Below, in pieces: positions 26,688 to 36,629 of a DNA stretch of 64,000 bases. Source of the DNA: Calditrichia bacterium (GTDB lineage: Bacteria; Calditrichota; Calditrichia; JAJRVZ01); assembly GCA_963796965.1 (NCBI GenBank), contig CAWCNS010000009.1, forward strand, positions 160,001 through 224,000, written 5' to 3'. Under the pieces are notes generated by a model, which was not told where the DNA came from, ran no database searches, and saw nothing but the letters and a program-made list of their open reading frames with translations. Made by a program: the position numbers and the translations under genes. Position 1 is the first letter of the stretch, and each line of letters opens with the position of its first letter.

Positions 26688-28001
26688 TTAATGTAGGTAA
26701 GGCTTTGCCAATTGGGGAAATATGTATTCAAGATGAATAATTCGCCATCCATAGGCCGTATGCTTAAGCGTTGCATCAAATATGGTATTTCTTAGCATGG
26801 CAATCTCATCAAAATTGATCTTCACATTGACATAAGACTGGTTGAAGTAAATATCTTTCAATCGCAAAAACCCATTCTCTGCAACTTTTTCAACTTTAAA
26901 AAAGCCATCTACAATTTGATCATCAGCCTCATTTGCCTCAAGAATGCCACTTATCAGTGAATTCTTCTCAAAATATTTTCGCATAGCGCTTAAACTATTC
27001 TCAATAACAGATATGTTTTTTATAAATGAGGTATCAAAGAAACTTTTGATTTCGGCATTGTGGGTGATCTCTAACCACACAAAAAATTGCTCAAACGTTG
27101 TTCGGACCTGATCACAGCTGATATCGTTTTCCAGAGCAATCTCTCTTAAAAGCCAGAACAGAAAAAACTCTTCCAAATCTTCTTTTGTAAAATCATCAAA
27201 TTGTAAAATACCTGCATATGAATCACAATAATCACGAAAATAGTGGAGAAGTTTACGATTAACCCCGAGCAAATTTGAATTCTGGTTCAAATAATCCTGG
27301 ATAAGATTCGCAATGGTGTAACTCCCATATTTCCACTCTTCTTTATCTTCATTTTCTTCATAGGCAGCAGCAGGTGTATCATCCCAATCCTGCTCGGATT
27401 CAGTTATAATATTCTGAAAAAGATCAACAGCTGGTTCTTTGGGATGATTGAGCAATGCTTGTCCCCGTGTTTCTATAAATTTTTCGAGAAGCACGGTAAT
27501 AAAATCTGCAAATTCCATCAACCCAATATCCGCATCATCAAGGTCAAGACCAATTTCATAGTTATAAAAATCAAACAGCGTATCCATAACAACATAGTTT
27601 AGAATATCCGTAAGAAGAAACTGCTTTTTGGATAAATCCTCACCATTCATAATCTGAATAATATTAAGATGGGTGGCATCAATTTCAGTTTCTTCCGGAT
27701 TAACCATTTCATTCAATTTAGTCGGACAAGAAAGTGCACAATCACCAAAACAGTTGTTTTCTAAAAATGATTCAAAACTATCGCCGACATTAAAAGAGAG
27801 GGTTGCGATCTCTTCCGGATCAATTCGCAGGTGTGCACTGGGAGTTTCTTTTTTAAAAAACTGATGCTCGATTTCATAGCCGATGTAGTTGATAAGCAAA
27901 TAGGTAAAATAATCGAGGTTGTTGAGCTCGTAGATTTCCTTCTCCCATGAGGAGACGAATTCGTTTACAGAAATATATGTTTTTTCGAAATGTTCTGACA
28001 A
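26688..28001 (-). CDS. Hypothetical acidic protein with a Cx3Cx3C motif
   Basis: Intact 437-aa ORF with TTG start; CFGDCALSCP; no recognised family. Confidence 0.75.
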   Translation of the reverse strand: MSEHFEKTYISVNEFVSSWEKEIYELNNLDYFTYLLINYIGYEIEHQFFKKETPSAHLRIDPEEIATLSFNVGDSFESFLENNCFGDCALSCPTKLNEMVNPEETEIDATHLNIIQIMNGEDLSKKQFLLTDILNYVVMDTLFDFYNYEIGLDLDDADIGLMEFADFITVLLEKFIETRGQALLNHPKEPAVDLFQNIITESEQDWDDTPAAAYEENEDKEEWKYGSYTIANLIQDYLNQNSNLLGVNRKLLHYFRDYCDSYAGILQFDDFTKEDLEEFFLFWLLREIALENDISCDQVRTTFEQFFVWLEITHNAEIKSFFDTSFIKNISVIENSLSAMRKYFEKNSLISGILEANEADDQIVDGFFKVEKVAENGFLRLKDIYFNQSYVNVKINFDEIAMLRNTIFDATLKHTAYGWRIIHLEYIFPQLAKPYLH

Positions 28002-28214
28002 ATTGTACTCTGTTTTTTTGTGTAAATTTACTATGACCCTTAGAACCTGTCAAGGAGATTAATTTTTAATCAACCCAACTTCTTCATATTATTGTATCTA
28101 CTATAATGAATAACTAAACCATCTTCAAATTTGTTTCCATTTTTTTAGCCAATTTCGCCAATTTATAAATTGTTTTAATGTACTGTCTATGGTTTGTGCT
28201 TATATTATCGGCAG

Positions 28215-28290
28215 AACTAACAAGTGACTTAAACGAACTTAAGTAAACTAAAGTTCAGTGTCAAAAGTGTCTAAAGTGTCTAAAGTGAAA
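28215..28290. repeat. 9-bp tandem repeat arm (CTAAAGTG-like) upstream of the four-helix-bundle gene
   Basis: aagtgacttaaacgaacttaagtaaactaaagttcagtgtcaaaagtgtctaaagtgtctaaagtg. Confidence 0.8.
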
Positions 28291-28305
28291 AAAATTATAT
28301 AGTGA

Positions 28306-28668
28306 ATGGATAATAAAGAATTTGCCAGGGTTTTAGAGAAAAGAACGTTGACCTTTGCTGTGAATGTGATTCGTTTATCTGTAAAATTGCCCAACTCACC
28401 AGAAGGACGGGTCATAAAAAATCAACTGACTAAATCCGGAACGTCAATTGGTGCAAATTATCGTGAAGCAAACAGAGCCCGCAGCCGTGCAGATTTTTTA
28501 AATAAAGTTAGAATCTGTGAAAGTGAGGCCAGTGAAACACAATACTGGCTGGATGTTATAACTGAATCTCAATTACTTCAACCTAATTTATTAGAAGAAG
28601 TAAGCAAGGAATGTAATGAACTTTTAGCCCTATTTACATCAATTAGCCATAAACTAAAAAACAAATAA
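28306..28668 (+). CDS. Four helix bundle protein (23S rRNA IVP-like / Avd-like family)
   Basis: LEKRTLTFA, QLTKSGTSIGANYREANRARSRADF, EASETQYWL and ECNELLALF signature. Confidence 0.93.
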   Translation: MDNKEFARVLEKRTLTFAVNVIRLSVKLPNSPEGRVIKNQLTKSGTSIGANYREANRARSRADFLNKVRICESEASETQYWLDVITESQLLQPNLLEEVSKECNELLALFTSISHKLKNK

Positions 28669-28680
28669 CGCTATTTTCTG

Positions 28681-28843
28681 TTCACTCAAGATCACCTTAG
28701 TCACTTTGATAACTTTAATTCACTTAAGTCACTTTAGTCACTTGAGTTCACTTTAGTTCACTTTAGATCACTTTAGTCACTTTAGTTCACTTTAGATCAC
28801 TTTAGTCACTTAAGATCACTTAAGATCACTTAAGTCACTTTTT
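28681..28843. repeat. 9-10-bp tandem repeat arm (CACTTTAGT / CACTTAAGAT, ~17 units), inverted relative to the upstream arm
   Basis: Read directly; the unit is the reverse complement of the upstream ACTAAAGTG unit. Confidence 0.92.
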
Positions 28844-28847
28844 AACT

Positions 28848-29477
28848 ATGTATAAAAGTAAAAAAATCTGGTTAATACTTCTCAGTTTATTTATCCTTCT
28901 TTTTGGGGGTATGGCAGGGATTTACTTTTTGGTGGTAGGTATCTATGGCTCGGAGACCATCACCTCCAACAAAGATGCCCAAAAAATGTTAGAATGGGAA
29001 ATAGCTGATCCCTATCTATCTCCTGAAGATGGTCTCCTTACCCAAAACCAACTCAATCGATTTTTAAATGTTAACCGTGAGCTCTCCAACTTTGTCTTTA
29101 AAGTCAGACAACAATTTGAGGAGAACCGCTGGCAGATTGCATTTGATATTATCAGGATGCGGCCGGAGTGGATTGCGGTTAAATTTAAAGCGCTTGAAAA
29201 ATGTAAACTTTCCCCAAAGGAATATGACTGGATTGCAGATCGTGTTATTGATTTCTGGGTTTATCGCTGGAAAGAAGAATCAATTGAACGTCTGAAAGAC
29301 TATGGCTGGGAATTTGATGAGAATGGAAGCAATTTAACCAAAAAACCGATCAACTATGAACTTTTATTGGTGCACGAAGAAGAGTTAAACCTTATTTTTG
29401 ATATCCTTTGGCCGGAAAAACCCACAAGAACTACTTCACCACAAGATTCCTCAATAATGTCTACCCAGGAAGAATAA
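28848..29477 (+). CDS. Hypothetical protein with N-terminal membrane anchor
   Basis: Intact 209-aa ORF with a single hydrophobic N-terminal segment. Confidence 0.75.
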   Translation: MYKSKKIWLILLSLFILLFGGMAGIYFLVVGIYGSETITSNKDAQKMLEWEIADPYLSPEDGLLTQNQLNRFLNVNRELSNFVFKVRQQFEENRWQIAFDIIRMRPEWIAVKFKALEKCKLSPKEYDWIADRVIDFWVYRWKEESIERLKDYGWEFDENGSNLTKKPINYELLLVHEEELNLIFDILWPEKPTRTTSPQDSSIMSTQEE

Positions 29478-29499
29478 GACCAGTCCACGAATTTTTTTC

Positions 29500-29902
29500 T
29501 GTCGCAGAGTTATTTCACGCAGACTGATATTTTAGATTTAGAAAACTAAGACACCTCAAATACCCCTAGTACGCAAAGGAGCAAAGAAAAAGTAGGGTAG
29601 ATCTAATTCATCAAAGTTATCTATATCATAAACCGAGATAAAAAAAATAGAAAAAATCTTTTCTTAGTCATCTTTGTGCCTGCTTTGTGCCCTTTGTGTT
29701 TATCTTTTCTTTCACACAGAGACGCAGAGCCGCAGAGAAAAACTTTTTTTAGGGTTTTAGATATTGATTCCTCAAATTCATAGATTAAATCTAATATCTA
29801 TACAAACCGAGATAAAAAAAATAGAAAAAATCTTTTCTTTGAGATACTTTGTGGCTACTTTGTGTGCTTTGTGTTTATCTTTTTTCACACAGAGACGCAG
29901 CA
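29500..29902. repeat. Two tandem CACAAAG-family cassettes with conserved core
   Basis: Core ...AAACCGAGATAAAAAAAATAGAAAAAATCTTTTC at ~29630 and ~29804, each followed by a CTTTGTG arm. Confidence 0.85.
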
Positions 29903-29933
29903 TTTTATCCACTCGTTATCCGTCTTTGCCGGA

Positions 29934-31112
29934 CTAGTCTGTTACCTCCCGGAAAACCCGCATAAAATTACCACCTAATATTTTCCGGATCCTCTCCTCA
30001 CTGTACCCCCGTTCAACCATTACACGTGTTACTTCCGGCATATCACTCGTATCATCAATACCCTTTGGTGTTATACTTATTCCATCAAAATCAGAACCGA
30101 TACCAACATGATCTTCACCAACAAGAGAGATGATGTAATCCATATGATCCACGATCCGGCTTACATCGGGTCTGAATGATTCCGTTTTATCCCTGTAAAA
30201 ATCGGCCCGGAATGCCCTGTAGGCAAGATAATTATTACTTTTCGCTTGTTTTATGGAGTCTAAATATGTTTTGGATGATTCCTGGATTTGTGTGTATTTC
30301 GTATCAAAACCATTTTTTAAATAACCGGGATAAAAATTGATAAATATTACACCGCCATTCTCTCCAAGGGCTTTGATCTGATCATCTTTTAAATTGCGAT
30401 AATGCCAGCATAATTTATGGGCACAGGAATGAGAGGCAATGATCGGCTTTTTTGTTGTCTTGATCACATCCCAGAAAGTTTTTTCCCCGCTATGTGACAC
30501 ATCTACAATCATACCCAGACGATTCAATTCCCTTATAACGTCCTTGCCAAATTCGGTTAATCCTTTATGGCCTTCAAATTCAGGAGAGGTCTCATCTTTG
30601 GCGCAACTGGCCCAGTCCGGACTATCATTCCAGGTTAAACCGAGATATCGAACACCACGATCATAAAATTCTTTTAGCTTATTCAAGTCATTATCAATAG
30701 CCGTACCCCCTTCCAGACCAATACAAGCAGCAATTTTATTATCCTTTACAGCACGCTCAATTTCAGCAGGGGTTCGTGTCAGCGTAATTTTATCAGGATT
30801 ATTAGCAAGTACCCTGTCAAGCAGGTTAAGCATGTATTTTGACTGGTCGTACATGCTCATGTCATCTTTAGAATAAGGATTAGGCCATACAGCAAAAAAC
30901 TGTACATCTACCCCACCCTCTTTTAACCGCACCAGATCCACATGCCCATAATCTAATCTTTTAGAAATATCAGCACCACGATTAACCTGTAAGAGAACAT
31001 CGGCATGGGTATCGACCACGAGGGATTTTTCATGTAGTAATTTGTAGTCCGATTGGGCTGCTACTTGTGCAATCATCCAAGATAATAATAGAATAATTAA
31101 TTTTAGACGCAT
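29934..31112 (-). CDS. Membrane dipeptidase (peptidase M19)
   Basis: VDTHAD, GLEGG, LTWN, DVSH, IASHS, RNLKD, HVGIGSDFDG; signal peptide starting MRLKL. Confidence 0.95.
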   Translation of the reverse strand: MRLKLIILLLSWMIAQVAAQSDYKLLHEKSLVVDTHADVLLQVNRGADISKRLDYGHVDLVRLKEGGVDVQFFAVWPNPYSKDDMSMYDQSKYMLNLLDRVLANNPDKITLTRTPAEIERAVKDNKIAACIGLEGGTAIDNDLNKLKEFYDRGVRYLGLTWNDSPDWASCAKDETSPEFEGHKGLTEFGKDVIRELNRLGMIVDVSHSGEKTFWDVIKTTKKPIIASHSCAHKLCWHYRNLKDDQIKALGENGGVIFINFYPGYLKNGFDTKYTQIQESSKTYLDSIKQAKSNNYLAYRAFRADFYRDKTESFRPDVSRIVDHMDYIISLVGEDHVGIGSDFDGISITPKGIDDTSDMPEVTRVMVERGYSEERIRKILGGNFMRVFREVTD

Positions 31113-31342
31113 TAAATAAACTCCTGTTTTCAACCCACTCCGCCCCGTTTCCAGGCTGTTGCAAATTAGATAATTATAACAAAAATATGGGATTATCTAT
31201 TCAAGTAAGCAAAATATAATTCCCCCTTTGAAGGGGGTTAGTTGCCCGTAAGACTGTATTTATCAACTGCAACTTTCCAAGAGGGGAAATCCCGTCATAC
31301 GGGACTTCACCAAGTTTTGCATTCAGGAGGGACAGGGTAGGC

Positions 31343-33088
31343 TTACTCCGTCAGATCCAGAGCCTCTTCCAGTTTTTGTTTTTCATACAACTCACTATAG
31401 GTACCACCCAGGGAGAGTAGCTCGTCATGCGTCCCTTCTTCTATAATTTCGCCCTTTTCCAATACAATAATTTTATCTGCATGCATGATTGCGGAGATTC
31501 GGTGCGAAACCCAGATACAGGTCCGGCCTTTCATTATATCACGGAGTTGATCCAAGATTTTCTCCTCCGTAATCGTATCAACAGCAGAAAGGGCATCATC
31601 TAAAAGTAATATTTTAGGATGTTTTATGATCGCTCTCGCAATGGAAACGCGCTGTTTCTGTCCACCGGAAAGATTTATACCTCTCTCCCCAAGCACAGTA
31701 TCATAAGAATCGGGGAACTCAATGATGGAATCATGTATTTGGGCTACTTCCGCAGATTCCTCTACCAGACTTTGCTCCAGGTCCCCTACACCCAATCTAA
31801 TATTTTCACCAATAGTATCTGAGAATAAAAATGTTTCCTGAGGAATATATCCCAAACTTTTCCTTAGAGTTGCCAGCGGGATACGGCGGATATCTATATC
31901 ATCGATCAGGATAGTGTTTACCGGAGGGTCATAGGTTCGTGTAAGCAGATTAATGAGCGTAGATTTACCACTACCTGTTCGTCCAACCACAGCCAGAATA
32001 CTACCCGCTTCAACCTCCAGATTTAAATTTTTTAACACGGTTTCACTTTTTTCATCATAAGCAAAGGTCAACTCTCTGAGAGAAATACCTCCGTTGATCT
32101 GATCAATTTCTTCCTCAACAAGATCATCGGTTATATCAGGCGGTGTATTGAGGATCACATTGATACGTTCCATCGATGCCGCCCCTTGTTGGAAAATACC
32201 AACCACCCATCCCAGGGCAATTGATGGCCATACCAACATCCCCAAATAGAGGGTAAAGGCAACAAATTCTCCCAACGTAATAATTTCATCAACAATTTGA
32301 ATGCCCCCAATAAACAGCACAAGAATAACCCCAATCCCAACAATAAACATCATCATAGGATGGAAGGCCGCATAGACCCGTACAAAGGACATATTTTTTT
32401 CCACATATTCCTGATTCAGACGATCGAAATCTTCCGTCTCAAATTTCTCCTGCACATAGGACTTAATAATTCTAATTCCCGAAAAACTTTCCTGCGCCTT
32501 GGTACTTATTTTTGATAATTGGGCCTGGATCTTCTGAAATCTTTTATGGATCTGCATGCCAAACTTATAAACCAAAAAAGCCATAAAGGGGATGGGTAAC
32601 AAACCGACCATTGTAAGAAAAGGATTGATCGTCAACATCATCCAGATCACAAAAATAAAAGTAACAATGGTATTGATCGAATACATGATGCCCGGTCCAA
32701 GTACGGCCCGAACAGAATTGAGATCGTTTGTCATGCGTGACATGATATCACCGGTGGCCATGTTCTGGAAAAAACGTGGCGACATTAATTGAAGATGGGC
32801 AAAAAGATCATTTCGGAAATCATTCTCAATCATCCGTGAACCGACAATAACTGTCTGGCGCATTAAAAACCGGAATATCCCCTGCCCCAAAGCAATCAAA
32901 ACCACATAGGTCGCATAGATCAAAAGTTGCTTAACTTCAATATCCTTGGCCAGATAATCAATCGCCTGTCGGACCACAAGAGGATTGAGGATAGCGATTC
33001 CATTAGAGATGGCAATAAAAAGCGTACCTATGAGGATTCTGAATCTATAGCGAATGAGGTATTTATATAAATACCTGAATGTCTCAAC
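31343..33088 (-). CDS. ABC transporter, fused permease/ATP-binding (MsbA/MdlA-like)
   Basis: GRTGSGKST, LSGGQKQR, LLLDD; the frame extends upstream of 32977 to ~33088 near a GGAG RBS, so the exact start is uncertain. Confidence 0.92.
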   Translation of the reverse strand, partial: VETFRYLYKYLIRYRFRILIGTLFIAISNGIAILNPLVVRQAIDYLAKDIEVKQLLIYATYVVLIALGQGIFRFLMRQTVIVGSRMIENDFRNDLFAHLQLMSPRFFQNMATGDIMSRMTNDLNSVRAVLGPGIMYSINTIVTFIFVIWMMLTINPFLTMVGLLPIPFMAFLVYKFGMQIHKRFQKIQAQLSKISTKAQESFSGIRIIKSYVQEKFETEDFDRLNQEYVEKNMSFVRVYAAFHPMMMFIVGIGVILVLFIGGIQIVDEIITLGEFVAFTLYLGMLVWPSIALGWVVGIFQQGAASMERINVILNTPPDITDDLVEEEIDQINGGISLRELTFAYDEKSETVLKNLNLEVEAGSILAVVGRTGSGKSTLINLLTRTYDPPVNTILIDDIDIRRIPLATLRKSLGYIPQETFLFSDTIGENIRLGVGDLEQSLVEESAEVAQIHDSIIEFPDSYDTVLGERGINLSGGQKQRVSIARAIIKHPKILLLDDALSAVDTITEEKILDQLRDIMKGRTCIWVSHRISAIMHADKIIVLEKGEIIEEGTHDELLSLGGTYSELYEKQKLEEALDLTE

Positions 33089-33353
33089 GATGATAATCTC
33101 CGGATGTTTTAAATAATGAAAATGAAGTTATAACCATATTATGTTAAAATCAATCTGCCGGGATAACTCTTTGCTTTAAACGGTCCAAACCCCTCAAAGA
33201 ATTCCACCGTTTTTTGAAATTTAAGATATCATACTTTGAAAAGTTAGCATACTATTGTAATTTTAATCCATTGAATTGATACCTTAGTATGATTTTGTTA
33301 TTAATTACAGAATTACACAAATTCAAATCGGGTCAAGGTATCGACGCGATTCA

Positions 33354-35062
33354 GAGGCTGAGTGAAAAAAACCACACAACCTCAAATTTTTAAAGAAATC
33401 TAACATAATATATTGTTATTTATTAAATTAGGTTAATTATTTAAAATTAACCGGACTATATCTATGCATTATATTTTTCCAGATGATCGTAACCAGGTTA
33501 CTTTCATGCAATAGCTCGATGACTTGGTTCCCTATGACCATTACGTTCGATTGATCGATGCTCTTATTGATGCTATTGTGTCAGCTAACACGGAAGAATT
33601 TGCCTATAAGGGGCAAAAGAACTGCGGACGTCGTGCGTATAACCCTGTAACGATGTTAAAACTTTTTCTTTATGGTTATTTAAATAGCATCAAAACCAGT
33701 CGCAAATTAGAACGCGAATGTCATCGTAATATCGAAGTTATTTGGCTTATAGGCAACCTTAAACCAGATCATAAAAGTATTGCTGACTACCGCAAAGATA
33801 ATGCTGCTGCAATTAAATATGTTACCAAAAAGTTTCGCCACTTTCTTAGAGACAAAGGCTACATCCAGGGAAAATTGATTGCTATTGATGGCAGCAAAGT
33901 GAAAGCCAATACCAACAAAGATATGCTAACTATCAAGAAAATTGAACGTCGTTTAGACCACTTGGACAAAAAACTTGATCAATATTTAGAACAGTTATTG
34001 ATAAATGATCGCAGGGAAGATCTTTTAGAAGAAATTGACGAATCTTCTTCCGATGATGACTTCAAGGATCTCGGTAGTACGAATCAGGTCTTGCTTGATA
34101 AAATCTCCAAACTTCAGAAACAGGTAAAAAATCTGCAAAAACAAAAAGATATTTTACTATCACAATAACGAACCTCTATGAGGCAGAGTGATCGACAGGC
34201 TAACTTAATGCGCAGTCGCGATGGAATGATTACAGCCTATAATACCCAGATTGCTGTTGATCAGGCCAATCACATGATCGCACACAGCCACGTTTTTGAT
34301 GCCTCAAACGATACCAATCTTATAGAACAGATGCTCAAAGAATTAGAACAGGAAACAGATTTAATACCTGAGGCTGCCGTTACCGATAGCGGATACTATA
34401 ACCTGACTCAGATAGAAAACGTCGAAAATACAAATAAAACGACCTGTTATGTTCCAAGGCCAAAACACAGATATGATGATCGCGCTATCACTTTTAACTA
34501 TGATGAAGAACAAGATGAATACCGTTGCTCAGAAGGTAAACGATTAATAAGAAAACAGAAAAACAAAGTTGATAACGGTCAACGATACGATGTCTATCAA
34601 GGTATTGAATGTGACCGATGCATCTCGAGAACACAATGTACAACTTCTAAATATGGACGTCTTATCCAACGTTATCATAATCAGAGTTGGCGTGATACTT
34701 ATCGTCGTCGTATGTCAGGCATCACCGCTAAGAAAATGATCCATCTTCGCAAGCAAATGGTTGAGCATCCCTTTGGTACGATTAAATATTGGATGGGAAA
34801 AATTACATTGCTTCTCCGAGGTAAGAAAAAAGTGACAACTGAAATAAATATCTTCACGACAGTTTATAATTTTAGGCGATTATTATCTATAGAATCATAT
34901 CAGGATATTATGGATATGATTCAGAGATATGACTGGAAAATGGCTTGATATCTAAGTCATTTTGTTTTTCATTGCCTAAATCGGGCATTTTTGGAATAAT
35001 ATTGTCAAAGAACAACTAAAAATCTGAAAATTTACTTAAAAATAAAGTATTGAGGCTGTGTT
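33354..35062 (+). mobile_element. IS1182-family insertion sequence (right end truncated)
   Basis: Left end GAGGCTGAGTGAAAAAAACCACACAACCTCA at 33354; inner part of the complementary end TGAGGCTGTG at 35051-35060; outer right TIR absent. Confidence 0.75.
33464..34948 (+). CDS. IS1182-family transposase, copy 1 (frameshifted)
   Basis: GRRAYNP, LYGY, TSRKLERECHRN, PDHKSI, AIDGSKVKAN, AYNTQIAVD, DSGY, VEHPFGTIK. Confidence 0.92.
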
Positions 35063-36539
35063 TCTATGTATTATATTTTTCCAGATGATCGTAAACTGGT
35101 TACTTTCAACTTATTGCTTGATTACTTGTTAACTATGACGATTACGTTCGATTGATCGATGCTCTTATAGATGCTATATTGTCAGCTAACCAGGAAGAAT
35201 TTGCCTATAAGGGGCAAAAGAACTCCGGACGTCGTGCGTATAACCCTGTAACGATGATAAAACTTTTTATTTATGGTTATTTAAATAGCATCAAAACCAG
35301 TCGCAAATTAGAACGCGAATGTCATCGTAATATCGAAGTTATTTGGCTTATAGGCAACCTTAAACCCGATCATAAAAGTATAGCTGACTACCGCAAAGAT
35401 AATGCTGCTGCAATAAAATATTTACCACAAAGTTCGCAATCAGAAGGCACAAAGGTACATCAGGGAAAATTGATTGATAAGAGGGAAGCAAAGTGAAAGC
35501 CAATACCAACAAAGATATGCTAACCATCAAGAAAATTGAACATCGTTTAGACCACTTGGACAAAAAACTTGATCAATATTTAGAACAGTTATTGATAAAT
35601 GATCGCAGGGAAGATCTTTTAGAAGAAATAGACGAATCTTCTTCCGATGATGACTTCAAGGATCTAGGTAGTACGAATCAGGTCTTGCGTGATAAAATCT
35701 CCAAACGTCAGCAACAGGTAAAAAACTGCAAAAACAAAAGATATTTACACTATCACAATAACGAACTCTATTAGCCAGAGTGATCGACAGGCTAACTTAA
35801 TGCGCAGTCGCGATGGAATGATTACAGCCTATAATACACAGATTGCTGTTGATCGGGCCCATCACATGATCGCCCACAGCCACGTTTTTGATGCCTCAAA
35901 CGATACCAATCTTATAGAACCGATGCTCAAAGAATTAGAACAGGAAACAGATTTAATACCTGAGGCTGCCGTTACCGATAGCGGATACTATAACCTGACT
36001 CAGAAAGAAAACGTCGAAAATACAAATAAAACGACCTGTTATGTACCAAGGCCAAAACAAAGATATGATGATCGCGCTATCACTTTAACTATGATGAGGA
36101 ACAAGATGAATACCGTTGCTCAGAAGGTAAACGATTAATAAGGAAACAGAAAAACAAAGTTGATAACGGTAAACGATACGATGTCTATCAAGGTATAGAA
36201 TGTGACCGATGCATCTCGAGAACCCAATGTACAACTTCTAAATATGGATGTCGTATCCAACGTTATCATAATCAGAGATGGCGTGATACTTATCGTCGTC
36301 GTATGTCAGGCATCACCGCTAAGAAAATGATCCATCTTCGCAAGCAAATGGTAGAGCATCCCTTTGGTACGATTAAATATTGGATGGGAAAAATTCCATT
36401 GCTTCTCCGAGGTAAGAAAAAAGTGACAACTGAAATAAATATCTTCACGACCGTTTATAATTTTAGGCGATTATTATCTATTGAATCATATCAGGATATT
36501 ATGGATATGATTCAGAGATATGAAAGAAAAATTTTATAA
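35063..36539 (+). pseudogene. Tandem second copy of the IS1182 transposase ORF, heavily degraded or assembly artefact
   Basis: Near-identical to 33461-34932 with many substitutions and indels; no IS ends of its own. Confidence 0.8.
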
Positions 36540-36629
36540 TAAAAACTTTGTGTTTTTAGTGCCTTCTTGGTGCATTTGTGGTTAAATAACAGATAAACAC
36601 TTATGTTATCTATAAACCAAGGAATAAAA

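Noticed and set aside
28306..28668. Diversity-generating retroelement (Avd)
   Set aside because: No reverse transcriptase and no TR/VR pair with adenine-specific differences nearby.
33461..36523. Adenine-specific (DGR-like) mutagenesis between the two transposase copies
   Set aside because: A-involving differences occur in both directions and come with indels and garbled patches, which fits noisy consensus.
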